Part shown: positions 1 to 20,545 of the stretch, piece by piece | Layout of the letters: each line of letters opens with the position of its first letter | Numbering within the stretch: the stretch's first letter is position 1 | Assembly: GCF_009914755.1 (NCBI RefSeq) | Contig: NC_060927.1 | DNA length: 64,000 nt | Source: the human T2T-CHM13v2.0 reference genome, Homo sapiens | Strand: one strand, 5' to 3' | Made by a program: the position numbers and the translations under genes | Notes under the pieces: generated by a model | Databases searched by the model: none | Seen by the model: only the letters and a program-made list of their open reading frames with translations | Told to the model about the DNA's origin: nothing

Positions 1-622
1 CTCAGTCTTTCTGACTTTCCAAACTGTAGGTCTACTATCCATCACTCTTGACAAAACCAATTATCCACTGCGGTAAAATACTCCCATCCCATTCACCCAC
101 CAGCCTCCCCTCTCTCTTCTATCAAAATAATAATCACCATATTATTTAATGTTTCACTTCCCATGGTGAACCTCTCATCCCTCTTTCTGTGAGGCTTAGC
201 AATTATTACACATCTTTCAAGATGTAAACCGTACTTCATCTCATTGATGAAAGTTTTACTAACTACTCTGCTTCCTCTAGATTCCCTTTTTCTGATGTCC
301 TATAAGCTGTAAAGTGCTACATCAAAGCTTTTACCAAAAATACTATTTTTACTATTCTTTCACTGCCTCATACCTGTTAGCCCTCCCAACAAGAGTGTAA
401 GCAATGTGATTACATATTGTAGACTTTTTTTCAAAAATTTTTTCCAAAGATAAGTGCAAATTATATAATAAAGTGATTCTTAGTATTCTAATCACAGTTA
501 AATTACCTCCACATTTCAGCACTGGTAATCATGTGCTTCTTTGGTAGTCTGAATTTAGCTTAGAAAATGGACGCCTAATAGTAAGAGAGAAGTTCTGAAG
601 TAAGCCCCCTTAAAGCCCACAG

Positions 623-648
623 CAAACAAACAAACAAACAAACAAACA
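623..648 (+). repeat. (CAAA)n microsatellite
   Basis: About 6 perfect units. Confidence 0.9.
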
Positions 649-790
649 GATCTAAGTAAATTAGCCAAGTAAAAATTACTTTCCAGTGCAGATTTTAACA
701 AGATATAGCCTCATTTTCACTGAATAAAGCCATGAAGCCCTCATACCTGTGCTGTTTTTGAAGTATACAATGACTCACCTAACTATCTTA

Positions 791-1107
<317 letters not shown>

Positions 1108-1371
1108 GTGAAAATGACAGAATCAGGCCCTGTTCCCTAACATGGTAACTCAACATGGCAGAGGAAAAAAGAAAAGGGGCCAGAGGATCTTTCTAAATCC
1201 CGACTACCTAAACTAACCTGTCCTGTCCTGTTAAGTGTGTCTTGGTGGTGTTCTAACTAGTAAAAGCTGCCTTTCAGAATACTGAGTCCATTATCAAAGA
1301 CTATGCACCTTTATGAAAAAGAAGAAAAGGTATCTTTCCTAACCACAGCTGACTTTTGATACAAATTTTGA

Positions 1372-1673
<302 letters not shown>

Positions 1674-1789
1674 AAAAAAATTTTTGATTTTTATCAAGAC
1701 AATTTTTTTAATTATTTGAAATATTTTCCAATAGCAGAAACAACAAAAGGTGTGAGATGTAAGCTCGCTCTCTTCCCAGGTATTATAAA

Positions 1790-2326
1790 TTTATACCCAA
1801 AAATGAATTTATAGAAGTATGGCTGAATGACAAAAGAGTAAGGCCAATGCCATTGAAAGATGAATTACTTATATATCCCAAAAGAAGGAAAATAACATAC
1901 CATGCAGAGCCACTGCAGAGGCATCACAATAGTCAAGAGGTAGAAGACAGGAACAAGGGGAAGCCTAAGCCAAAGCCTGCATTGGGGTTTCCACAGAAAA
2001 GGTAACACAGGGCAGAGTAACAGTTTAAGGTGGGGATGACTGAATAATTGCAAGAAACACTGGGGTACAGAGGTTGTCTCTAATTGCCTGGTACCTCGCC
2101 CTGGAATGATTTAGAAAAGGGGAAATACTGGTTTGGTGTGTGAGAGTTAGATAAGGAGACGGTTACAGCTATATACTCAGATTGGTTGGTTTACATATGA
2201 AAGATGTGCTCCTAGGCAAGTTATTATCTTCAGAAATTAGCTAGCCCTCAAAAGGGCAATCTCTCCCCAGGTCATCAAATGCCAGAGCAACAAGAACACA
2301 GAAAATAAAAATACACAGTTAATATA
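1790..2326 (-). mobile_element. Solo ERV LTR (LTR47/MER74-like; family tentative)
   Basis: Minus strand begins TATATTAACTGTGTATTTTTATTTTCTGTGTTCTTG and contains GAGAGATTGCCC…AGGGCTAGCTAATT and CATATGTAAACCAACCAATC, resembling the recalled consensus. Confidence 0.6.
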
Positions 2327-2564
2327 ATAATTAGTATAATGTAAAATACAGTTAATAATTAGCATATCATACAGTTAATATAATAATTGAAATTAGCTTA
2401 GATAGAAGAACAGAATTGGGTTTTTTTGTTGGGTTTTTTTTTTTTTTTTTTTTTTGAGACAGAGTCTCACTCTGTTGCCCAGGCTGGAGTGCAGTGGCAC
2501 GATCTCAGCTCACTGCAACCAGCCAGGGTGACGGAATGAAATTCTGTCTTAAAAAAAAAAAAAT

Positions 2565-4510
2565 TTAAAAGGCCTACAACTGAACAACAACAAACAATTT
2601 AAAAAGGAGGCCAGGCACAGTGGCTCACACCTGTAACCCCAGCACTTTGGGAGGTCAAGGCGGCAGATCACCTGAGGTCAGTAGTTTGAGACCAGCCTGG
2701 CCAACATGATGAAACCTTGTCTCTACTAAAACTACAAAAATTAGCTGGGCATGGTGGCGGGGGCCTGTAATCCCAGCTACTTGAGTGGCTGAGGCAGAAA
2801 TGCTTGAACCTGGGAGGTGGAGGTTGCAGCGAGCGGAGACCACACCACTGCACTTTAGGCCTGGGCAACAAGAGTGAAACTCCGTCTCAAAAAATTAAAA
2901 AATAAAAATAAAAAAGAAAAACGAAAAAAGTACTTGAGTAGGTATTTCTCCAAAGATGATATACAAATGACCAATAAGCATATGAAAAGATACTCAATGT
3001 CACTAATCATCAAGACAATGAAAATCAAAACAATGATATATCAGCTTTTTATCTGTTAGGATGACCATTATAACAAAACAGAAAATAAAAAGTGTTAACA
3101 AAAATACAGAGAAACTGGAACCATTGCGCACCGCTGGTGAGTATGTAAAATGATGTAGCAGCTATGAAAGGGTCCTCAAAACAATTAAAAACAGTATTAC
3201 CATACGATCTAGCAATTCCACTGCTGGGTATATGCCCAAAATAAAGTAGGATGAAAGTAGGATGCTGAAGAGATACTTGCACACCCATGTTCATTACAGC
3301 AGTATTCACAATAGTCAAAATGCAAAAGCAACCTAAATATCCATCTAAGTATGAATACATAAAAAATGGTATACAAATATAATGGAATACAGGCACATGC
3401 TATGACATGAATGAACAATAAGGACACTGTACCAAGTAAAATAGGCCAGTCACAATAATACAAATACTAAATGATTCCACTTATATTAGGTTATCTAGAG
3501 TAGTCGAACTCTTAGAAAGCAGAATGGTAGTCAAAAGCAGTAGCACAAACTTGTCCAACCCAAGACCCATGAGCTACGTGCAGCCAAGGATGGCTTTGAA
3601 TGTAGCCCAACACAAATTCATAAGTTTTCTTAGAACATTATGGTTTTTCTGGGTGTGTTTTAAGTTCATCCACTATTGCTAGCATTACTGTATTTTATGT
3701 GTGGCCCAAAACAATTATTATTCTTCCAATGTGGCCCAGGGAAGCCAAGACTGGACATCCCTGTGCTAGGGGAAAGAGAAAAAGAGATGTTTAATGGGTA
3801 CAGAGTATCAGTTCTGCCAGATGAAAAAGTTCTAAAGATCTCTTGCACGTGACTGTGCACAGTGGCTCACGCCTGTAATCCCAAAACACTGGGAGGCTAA
3901 GTGAGGCAGGAGGATCACTTGAGCCCAGGAGTTTGAAACCAGCCTTGGCAACATATCTCTACAAAAATTGTTTTTAAATTAGCCATGTGTGGTGTTGTGC
4001 ACCACCAGTCCCAGCTACTTGGGAGGCTGGGGTGGGAGGACAAGGCTACATGGAGCCACGATCGCACCACTGCACTCCAGCCTAGGTAACAGAAAAAGAC
4101 TGTCTCCACAAAAAAAAAAAAAAAAAAAAAAAAAATCTATTGCACGACAAGATGTTTATACTTAACACTACTATACTGTATATGTAAAAATGATTAAGAT
4201 AAATGTTATGTGTTTTTTACCACAATAAAAAAGGAATACAATATCAAACAGATTCACCTTGAAAATATTATGCTAAATGAAAAGAGTGAGACATAAGAGA
4301 TCGTATGTCATCATGCTTTCATTTCTACGAAATGACCTGAACAAATATATCTATACAGCAAGAGAGTAGACTGCTGGTTGTCAAGGACTAACGTGGGAGA
4401 AGGGAAAGTGACTGCTAACAGGTATGGGTTTATTTTTAAAGTGATGAAAACATTTTGAAATTAACAGTGATGGCTGCACAACTGTAAATATACTAAAAAA
4501 TTTTCAATTG
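2565..4510 (+). mobile_element. L1M (L1MB-like) ORF2 3' end/3'UTR fragments, interrupted by Alus and MER30
   Basis: Typical L1 motifs: TTCTCCAAAGATGATATACAAATGACCAATAAGCATATGAAAAG; CATACGATCTAGCAATTCCACTGCTGGGTATAT. Confidence 0.8.
3546..3763. mobile_element. MER30 (hAT-Charlie MITE)
   Basis: Imperfect TIRs CAAACTTGTCCAA…TGGACATCCCTG; internal GGATGGCTTTGAATGTAGCCCAACACAAATTC. Confidence 0.8.
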
Positions 4511-4588
4511 TGCACTTTATTATTATTATATATATATATTTTTTTGGAGATGGAGTCTCACTCTGTTGTACAGGCTGGAGCACAGTGA

Positions 4589-4842
<254 letters not shown>

Positions 4843-5033
4843 TAAAATGGTGAATTTTGCTAGGCGCAGTGACTCATGCCTGTAATCCCAACACTTTGGG
4901 AGGCTGGGTCGGGTGAATCACCTGAGGTCAGGAGTTCAAGACGAGCCTGGCCAACATGGTGAAACCCCGTCTCTACTAAAAATACAAACATTAGCTGGGT
5001 GTCGTGGTGGATGCCTGTAATCCCAGCTACTCA

Positions 5034-5192
<159 letters not shown>

Positions 5193-5950
5193 TTAGCCTG
5201 TTATTAAAAAATAATAAACAATATTACTTGGGAGGCTGAGGTGGGAGGACTGCTTGATACCAGGAGTTCAACACCAGCCTAGGAAATATAGTGAGACACC
5301 CATCTCTAATATATTTAATAATAATGTAAAATAATTTAAAAAATAAAAATAAAGAGAGAACATGGCCCAGTCAGGAAGCTGAAAGGCAACCAATATGTAT
5401 GGATATAGAAAACAAACAGGAAAACAGTGGAAACAACAATTTAGCTCTACATGGTGGAACGCTTTTAAAGAGTTTAACTCTATTTGGATTGCTTCATCAT
5501 TATTATTGTTATTGCCAATGCTTTATTCTATTAATCAGTGTTTTGCTTGCTTTCTGTTAAGACGGTAAACATAAAATTTACCATTTTAACCATTTTATAA
5601 GTAAGCAGTTTAGTACTGTTAGGTACACCCAGTGTTGCATGTCCAATCTCCAGATCTCTCTGTACATTATGAAACTAAAACCCTACACCCAATGAACAGC
5701 AACTCCCTGATGGAGCATTAGCCAGGCTTAAAAAGGAAATTCTAGCACATGCTGTAACATGAATAAACTTTGAAGACATTACACTAAGCAAAACAAATTA
5801 ATCATAAAAACACAAATTCTGTATGATTTCATCTAAGGTGGTCAAATTCTTAGTCTCTGATAACAACCATGTTATATTCAGTATCAATGAATTTCACTAC
5901 TTTGGGTACTTCATAAAATTGGAATCATATGGTATTTCTCCATGTTATTA

Positions 5951-6319
<369 letters not shown>

Positions 6320-6712
6320 CTAACGCCTATAATCCCAGCACTTTGGGAGGCCGAGGCAGGTGGATCATGAGGTCAGGAGTTCGAGACCAACCTGGCCAAG
6401 ACGGTGAAACCCCATCTCTACTAAAAATACAAAAATTAGCTGGGCATGATGGTGGGCACCTGTAATCCCAGCTACTTAGGAGGCTGAGGCAGGAGAATCA
6501 CTTGAACCCAGGAGGCGGAGGTTGCAGTGAGCCGAGATCACATGACTACACTCTAGCCTGGGTGACAGAACAAAGACTACATCTCAAAAAAAAAATTGTA
6601 CTGTGTGTACATACCACAATTTGTTTATCCATTCACCTAATTATTTTAACCTGGGTTTTGGCCATTTTCCTCTTTTACCAATAGGTTGTTTTTTGTTTTT
6701 TTTTTTAGGTAA

Positions 6713-6895
<183 letters not shown>

Positions 6896-6979
6896 TGACC
6901 TCAGGTGATCCACCCGCCTTGGCCTCCCAGAGTGCTGGGATTACAGGCCTGAGCCACAGCGCCAGGCCTTGTTTTTTAA

Positions 6980-7378
<399 letters not shown>

Positions 7379-7702
7379 TGATCTCAAACTCCTGACCTCA
7401 AGTGATCCACCCACCTCGGACTCCCAAACTGCTGGGATTACAGGCGTGAGACACCAGGTCCAGCCCTCATTAGTCTAAGAACCACCTGACATTGCTGAAT
7501 ATCTCACTAATGTGTACTTTCTACATCATTAATTTTTGCTTTTATTATTTCCTTTTTCGTTAGGTTTAATTTGGTGTTGTTTTTCTAATTTCTTGAGAAA
7601 GATGTTTGGACCACTGATTTCTAACCTTTCTCCTTTCCTAATATAAAGAAATAAATGTTCCTCTAGGCACAGCTTCTACTACATCTTTTAAAAGTTAATG
7701 TT

Positions 7703-8013
<311 letters not shown>

Positions 8014-8102
8014 TTATTCTGTTTAAGTCTTTGGGGGTATGACATAAAATCCATTTGGTATGATGTATGAGCTCATCTGTTCACAACGCAAAACTAACTT
8101 AC

Positions 8103-8172
8103 CATCGTCTTGTGAGGAAGAATATGGGTAAATGTGGTGGGAAGCTTTTGACTTCTCATCCGTAAATGTTCC
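8103..8172 (-). CDS. SMARCC1: SMARCC1 exon 6 (GTFTDEKSKASHHIYPYSSSQDD-E)
   Basis: Acceptor TTTGCTTTCCAG|GGA, donor ATG|GTAAGT; 70 nt, phase 0-1. Confidence 0.97.
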
Positions 8173-8466
8173 CTGGAAAGCAAATGAACAAAAACCACAA
8201 AAATAAAGCACATGGCAATGAACTATGAGATTCCAGATACAAATTCCATACAAATTCTAAAAGCATGGTTTTACTTATAGACTTTATATAAAAAAGACTT
8301 GCTTCTTTTTAGTCAAATAAAAAAAAGTGATTAACAACAATAAACCAAAAAATTGTCTACACAGTTTAGACTGCTGTATAGAAAAGTAATTCGAGCACCT
8401 ATTAGCTAGTTCTCTACAGATCTCTCTCTCTGGGTATCCATATCAGTAATATGGGTACTACTAATT

Positions 8467-8765
8467 CTTTTTTTTCCTGAAATGGAGTCTTGCTCTGTCA
8501 CCCAGGCTATAGTGTGGCAGCACAATCTTGGCTCACTGCAACCTCCTCCGTCTCCTGGGTTCAAACGATTCTCCTGCCTCAGCCTCCTGAGTAGCTGGGA
8601 TTACAGGCACCCGCCAGCACGCCTGGCTAATTTTTCTATTTTTAGTAGAGATGGGGTTTCACCATGTTGGTCAGGCTGGTCTTGAACTCCTGACCTTAGG
8701 TGAGCTGCCTGCCTTGGCCTTCCAAAGTTCTGGGATTAAAGATGTGAGCCACTGTGTTCAGTCAG
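8467..8765 (-). mobile_element. AluS next to exon 6
   Basis: Full dimer, flanked by GGTACTACTA/GGTACTATTA. Confidence 0.9.
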
Positions 8766-8880
8766 GTACTATTACTTCTTAAAATTACTTCCAAAGTCAT
8801 CACAAATTATCATTACTTCAAGTGAATCAATGCCATTCCTGGCCTTGAGCCATAAACTAGGACTATGTGCAAGCGTAACA

Positions 8881-12342
<3,462 letters not shown>

Positions 12343-12701
12343 AGGAGCAGGGCGGCTGCGGGGTGGTGCTGCAGGGCGGGTTCTGCGGCTCACGCCTGCA
12401 ATCCCAGCACTTTGGGAGGCCGAGGTAGCAGGGGGAATCTCTTGAGGCCAGGAGCTTGAGGCGAGCCTAGGGAAGACCCTGTCTCTTCAAAAATAAAAAT
12501 AAAATAGCCAGGGGCAGTGGAGCACACCTGTTGTTAAAAAAAGAACAAGAAGGCCGGGCAAGGTGGCTCATGACTGTAATCTCAGCACTTTGGGCAGATC
12601 ATGAAGTCAGGAATTCGAGACCAGCCTTTCCAATATGGTGAAACCCCGTCTCTACTAAAAAATAAAAAATTAGCAGCGCAAGGGCCAGGTGCGGTGGCTC
12701 A

Positions 12702-13130
<429 letters not shown>

Positions 13131-14697
13131 ACAGCTAAATATTCAGCATAAACTGTAGGCAATATATAAAATGTTTCCAGTATGACCCGGTGACAAAAAG
13201 AGTAGGTAATTTCAGCTTCAAGGCAAGAAACAGCAGGTTAATTTGTTCTACTTCTGCCCTGGTAACATTCCACATATACTTTAAACTGCATTTGACAGTC
13301 AATCCAATAAAAAGATATTCCAAAAGAGAGATGTTTAAGGAATCTGTTCAAAGCCATGATACTAGTGAAAAAAGGAACTGGACTTCAGATTGCCCAATAT
13401 GATAAAATAATTATATTACCTTACACTTTGAGAGAGATGTCATATATAAGAGGAAGAATGTACTCAATCTATAATTGTACGCAGTATTAGAAACATTAAC
13501 TTTCAGAACATGCAAGATATTTTACTAAATGCTAAAACATAATACAATTGGTAATCTCTTTTGCAGCAGGAAAAAAAGACATTTCATGAGGCTTCTCAAC
13601 CAATTCTAAGGATCCATAAAACTCAGTCACATAAAGAATGTTTCAGGAAAATTATCTTCTACGTAAGTCTCCTCAGCTAGCTTACTATGTGATGGGCTTA
13701 ATTACAGTTTAGTCACATGTAATCACAAACTTACATGTAGTAAATACCCAAAGTCTCAGCCTAAAATGAAGTCAGAAGAAGAAGGCTAAGATGTCAGAAC
13801 ACAGTACTAGTACATGTGTATCAAGACAAAGCAAGCTTGAGGGGGCAGAATTTTTCTGAGACGGAGTCTCGCTCTGTCACCAGGAGCACAGTGGCGCCAT
13901 CTCAGCTCACTGCAACCTCCACTTCCTGGGTTCAAGTGATTCTCCTGACTCAGCCTCCCCAGTAGCTGGGACTACAGTGGCATGCCACCATGCCCAGCTA
14001 ATTTTATATTTTTAGTAGAGACAGAGTTTCACCATGTTGGCCAGGATGGTCTCAATCTCTTGACCTCGTGATCCGCCCGCCTTGGCCTCTCAAAGTGCTG
14101 GGATTACAGGCGTGAGCCACCACGCCCGGCCTTCAATTTTTTTTTTTAAATCATATATGTAACAGAATACATAAAATGGGGGGTTAGGGAAGACAGGATT
14201 ACTTGAAAGTAATACTTCATTTCTTCTTACCAACAATTATGTTACCAACTCTATTTGACTTTATAATCTCTGTGATATAGGGTTCTGTGATACATAATAC
14301 ACTAGTTTCCTTAGGTCTATGTAAGCACACTTTACAATAAGACTAACGACTCCATAGCAATGACTTTATTAAATGCTACTCTAGGCTAAAAGCTAAAGAT
14401 GAGGGGAGAGAAAAAAAACACTGGTACTTTAAGAACTCAAAAAGAGGCCAGGTATGGTGGCTCACACCTATAATCAATCCTAATACTTTGGGAGGGCGAG
14501 GCTGGAGGATGACTTGAAGCCAGGAATTCAAGACCAGCCTGGGAACATAGTGAGAAACCATTGTGGCCGGGCACAGTGGCTCATGCCTGTAATCCCAGCA
14601 CTTTGGGAGGCTGAGGTGGGGAGATCACTCGAGGTCAGGAGTTCGAGACCAGGCTCACCAACATGGCAAAACCCCACCTCTACGAAAAATACAATTA

Positions 14698-14826
<129 letters not shown>

Positions 14827-15110
14827 TCAACCACAACAACAAAAAAACTGGAAGATCTCTTGAGCCCAGGAGTCCAAAGCTACAGTGAGCAAGGATGCTA
14901 GGATAGTGCCATTGCATTCCAGCCTGGGCAACAAAGTGACACCTCATCTCTAAAAAGAAAAAAAAAAAAAAAACTCAAGAAAAAAATTTCTTTTGATGCA
15001 AATATATCAAAAAATCCAAAACATTACTATGGTTGTCATTTATTAGAGGCTTACAACTACAAAATGAAGTGATCGTGTCTATTATTATCTGAAGTGATTG
15101 TGTCTATTAC

Positions 15111-15203
15111 CTGATGTCGTTTGATGATATCTTTCAATTTGTTAGCCAACTTCAGATCAATGTCTGGAATGAGGTAGATGTTGGGTCTGGTCAAACAATT
15201 GTT
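15111..15203 (-). CDS. SMARCC1: SMARCC1 exon 5 ([31 protein letters not shown])
   Basis: Acceptor TTTTCATCCTCAG|AAC, donor CAG|GTAATA; 93 nt, phase 0-0. Confidence 0.97.
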
Positions 15204-15480
15204 CTGAGGATGAAAAGAACAGACTTTCAAATTCTCTTAGTTTTGAAATAATATCATATTATTTATGCAATATACAAACCACCCCCAGATAACCTTTTCT
15301 GCCACAAAAAATATTGAGAAGCATGACCTAAAGAAATTCAGCAACTTTTTCATTAAGATACCATACCAGATTGCCAGATTAATCTTCCTCCCCAATTTTA
15401 CCCAAATTTACTTTAATGGTCTAATGTAGTGTTTTTAGCTACGGAAGGGATTACAGTTAATCTTAAAAATAGCAATGGCA

Positions 15481-15800
15481 AGTGGCTCACGCCTGTAATC
15501 CCAGCACTTTGGGAGGCCGAGATGGGCGGATCATGAGGTCAGGAGATCAAGACCATCCTGGCTAACACGGTGAAACCCTGTCTCTACTAAAAATACAAAA
15601 AAATTAGCCAGGCGTGGTGGTGGGCGCCTGTAGTCCCAGCTACTCGGGAGGCTGAGGCAGGAGAATGGCGTGAACCCGGGAGGTTGGAGCTTGCAGTGAG
15701 CCGAGATCACACCACTGAACTCCAGCCTGGGTGACAGAGTGAGATTCCATCTCAAAAAATAAATATATAAAATCAAATAAAATAAATAAAAAAAATAAAA
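15481..15800 (+). mobile_element. AluY, slightly 5'-truncated, TSD AAAAATAGCAATGGCA
   Basis: ACCATCCTGGCTAACACGG and GAATGGCGTGAACCCGGG diagnostics; TSD at 15465-15480 and 15798-15813. Confidence 0.9.
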
Positions 15801-16637
15801 AATAGCAATGGCAAAACATGTATGTTAACTCCCCAAATCATGAAGAAAACCCTCACCCAACAAACAAAACATATCCAATTGTTTCCCTAGCTAAGAATCT
15901 GTGGGACAAACAACTTTCACATATTAAGTTAACAATAATATCTAACTGAATTTTTGCCAGCTACCTCTCCCCAGGAAGGTTAATTTAGTGATCACCATAA
16001 ATTATCAAACAATAAACATATTAGGAAACACAAATAAGGACATTAAGCATTCTCTTTTCCAAGTTATAATACATTTAGAGAAATAATATGTATATTTATG
16101 GTACAACCATGGAACAAATCCAAAGAAAATATTCAATCAAGTGAACAGTAGGATGGAAGAGTGCTTATACTAAATAAAATGAAGGCAGGCCGGACTCTGT
16201 GGTTCATGCCTGTAATCCCAGAACTTTGGGAGGCCAAGCAAGCAAATCGCTTGAATTCATGAATTTGAGACCAGCCTGGCTAACATGGCAAAACCCCATT
16301 TCTACAAAAGATATAAAAAAATTAGCCAGGTGTGATGGCGTGTGCCTGTAGTCCCAGCTACAGGGAAAGCTGAGGTGGGAGAATCACTTGAGCCCGAGAG
16401 TTCAAAGCTGCAGTGAGCCTAGCTCTGACTGCACCACTGCACTCCAGCCTGGGTGACAGAGTGAGACCCTGTCTCAAAGAAAATAAAAATAAAATAATAA
16501 AATAAAGACAACTCAAACAATACATTAGGTAAAATTAATGAAGAAAATTACCATAAATTATCTCACCATAAATTTTAATACTCTTAAAGACAAGATTAAT
16601 CATAGCTCTAATCCCCAAACACCCATAAAAATAATAA

Positions 16638-17040
<403 letters not shown>

Positions 17041-17106
17041 AGCCAATCTTAAAACTGAAAATATATTAAAGGTAAACTTTTTAAATAACCTAAGTTTCCA
17101 AGTTAC

Positions 17107-17188
17107 CTGCACCAATGTTTTTTCAATGTTCATAAACATTTCCACATTACGATCCATTCGAGATGGGTTCTGTAGGTCAAACCTCCGC
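17107..17188 (-). CDS. SMARCC1: SMARCC1 exon 4 ([28 protein letters not shown])
   Basis: Acceptor TTTTTCTTTTTTTTTAG|G, donor CAG|GTAACT; 82 nt, phase 2-0. Confidence 0.97.
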
Positions 17189-17481
17189 CTAAAAAAAAAG
17201 AAAAACCCTAGTTAATTTGTCTCCCAGCTTAAACACAAATGAAAACTTGGTTTTAGAATTCGATGCAAATGAGTTAGAAAGATTTGAAAATTAAAATAAC
17301 TCTACAAAATGTGTGAGACATTCTCTCAGTAACATAAGAATACATAGTATCAACACCCTTATAAAAGAGATATTAAGATCCACCTCAGTGAAAATGAAGT
17401 ATCAATTCCATGACATATCTATCTAATTTTCCTTAAATCTAAGACATCTTACATCTTATAGAAAAGTAGTCCACATATCCA

Positions 17482-17808
<327 letters not shown>

Positions 17809-18199
17809 TTAGATAAAGGAAAGCATCTTGGGTATTTAATTCTAATACAGCTGTAAGACTTGTGATTTAAACAGACAAGTTTTCTCCAAATAAAATTTTT
17901 AACTGGCCACAGTAGCAGTCAAGAGCAGAGACTATCCCTTAATCTGAAATCACTTGATAGCTGGGGGTATCCCAAACCCACAAGTATGAATAACAAGTAC
18001 TGTTTTCCTAAATGTGGTAACACTGATCTATTTACCTTTACTTGAAACTCTTCTCCAATGTCTCTTTACATTAAGTTCCCAAGCATGTCACCTCCATTTG
18101 GTAAAATCTTTACAAAGTCTAATGCCTGTTTCTCCTTACTTTTTATTCAATACCTACTTTGTTTTTGCTCTGTTTTAATTCTTTTAACACTAACATCCA

Positions 18200-18400
18200 G
18201 GACAGGAGTAGAGCTTAGTGACTGAAAGTAAGGATTGTGGAAAACTACATTAGTCTTGAGCAATTTGTTAACCCAAGGATCCACTGCTTCATAAATATAA
18301 CAGCCTACTGTGGGCTTTTGTGAAGGTTAAATGAGGTATATATTAGAACAGTGCTTAAGTTTAATATAAAGTAACTGATCAATAAATGTTAGCTATAGTT
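18200..18400 (+). mobile_element. MIR SINE
   Basis: TTGTGAAGGTTAAATGAG…AGAACAGTGCTT…TCAATAAATGTTAGCTAT 3' end. Confidence 0.65.
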
Positions 18401-19237
18401 ATAATTTTTGTTTTTTGAGGCAGAGTCTCACTGTGTCACCTAGGCTGGAATGCTCTGGTGCAGTAAGAGCTCCCTGTAACCTTGAACTCCTGGGCTCAGG
18501 GGATACTCCCACCTCAACCTCAGCCTTGAGTAGCTGGGTCCATAGGCACCAGCCATCACACTCAGGTAACTGTTCTTTATTTTTATTTTTGTAAAGCCAA
18601 AGGTCTCACTATGTTGGTCCAGACTGGTCTCAAATTCCTGAGCTCAAGCAATCCTCCCACCTCAGCCTCCCAAAGTGCTGACATTACAGGGGTGAGCCAA
18701 CACGCCTGGCCCAGTTATAATTTTCTTAATCATTACCAGGTACTACCTAGCATTAGGCAGTCTGAGTCCAGAGCTCATACTTTTAACTCACATGTCATGC
18801 TATTTTATTCTGGAGATGTTCCCCACACTTCCAATCTTTCTTTTTAAACTCTATAGCCTTTCCAGGCTACCCACTACCACTCAATGGGCCTGACACTATC
18901 ACTTCCAGAATCAGTCCCCAAGTCACTTGCTCTATAAAGCTAAGCCTATCTTCTTTCATGTTGTTGTTGTTTTAAATGGAGTCCCACTCTATTGCCCAGG
19001 CTGGAGTGCAGTGGTGTGATCTCGATTCACCACAACCTCCGCTTCCTGGATTCAAGCGATTCTCCTGCCTCAGCCTCCTGATTAGCTGGGATTACAGGTG
19101 TGCTCCACGACACCCAGGTATTTAATAAGTAGAGACAGGGTTTCACCATGTTGGCCAGGCTGGACTCGAACTCCTGACCTCAGGTGATCGCACACCTCAG
19201 TCTCTCAAAGAGCTGGGATTACAGATTACAGATGTGA

Positions 19238-19490
<253 letters not shown>

Positions 19491-20545
19491 TGATCTCAAA
19501 CTCCTGACCTCGAGATCCACCCACCTCGGCCTCCCAAAGCACTGTGATTACAGGTGTGAGCCACTATGCCTGGCCCACACCCGGCTAATTTTTGTATTTT
19601 TAGTAGAAATGGAGTTTCACCATGTGGGCCAGGCAGGTCTTGAACTCCTGACCTCGTGATCCACCCACCTCAGCCTCCCAAAGTGCTGGGATTATAGGCA
19701 TGAGCCAGTGCGCCGGCCTTTCATGTTCTTAATACATCCTGTGCACAATGCTGATACAGCCCCATCAAAGAACTATCTTGTTAGTGAGACATCTCATTAG
19801 ATACCTTGAGGACAATGGCCAGGTTTTTAAAACTTTTCCTTTACAGCCCTACTGGCTAGAAGAATGTGCAGCTTTACAGAGCAAACTATAAACTGCACTC
19901 CAGCCTGGGCGACAGAGGGAGACTCTGACTCAAAAAAAAAAAAAAACAAACAAAAACCTACAATCTAATTTTCAAAATTAGAATATTGTGACTTTGTAAA
20001 GTTGTAATGAAATGACTCTAGGCAGTGAACATCAATGTCTGCCCACTACACACATAAACAACCAGATATTGTATACCTCCAGATAGAAGAATAAAACATT
20101 ATCTATGATTATTATTGTTGCCAAAAAAAGATAAGGAACCAAATCAGACTAAGCTTCTACCACCAGTTTACAAGAAATTTAGAAGACCATGTTAAATGAT
20201 AAACTGGAGGCATATAAGCAAAATCTAATAAAACATGGACAATCCTACGAGACAACTGTTTCAGTAGAGCGGGAGGTACTTGTGAGGAAAAGAGACGGAA
20301 GAGATAGAAAACTTTAACTTTTTCGAAGAGAGTTAGTCATATCAACCAAAGGCAATGTCTGCACTGCACCTTGTTTGAATATTAATTCAAATAAGATATA
20401 AAAATCATTTATGAGATAAGGGAAATTTGAACACTCAACGATTTAATATTAAAAATTATTGCTAATTTTCATATCTGTAATAATGGTAGTGTTATTACAC
20501 TTTCTAAAATCCTATTTGAGAAATAAATACATGGCAAAATATCTA

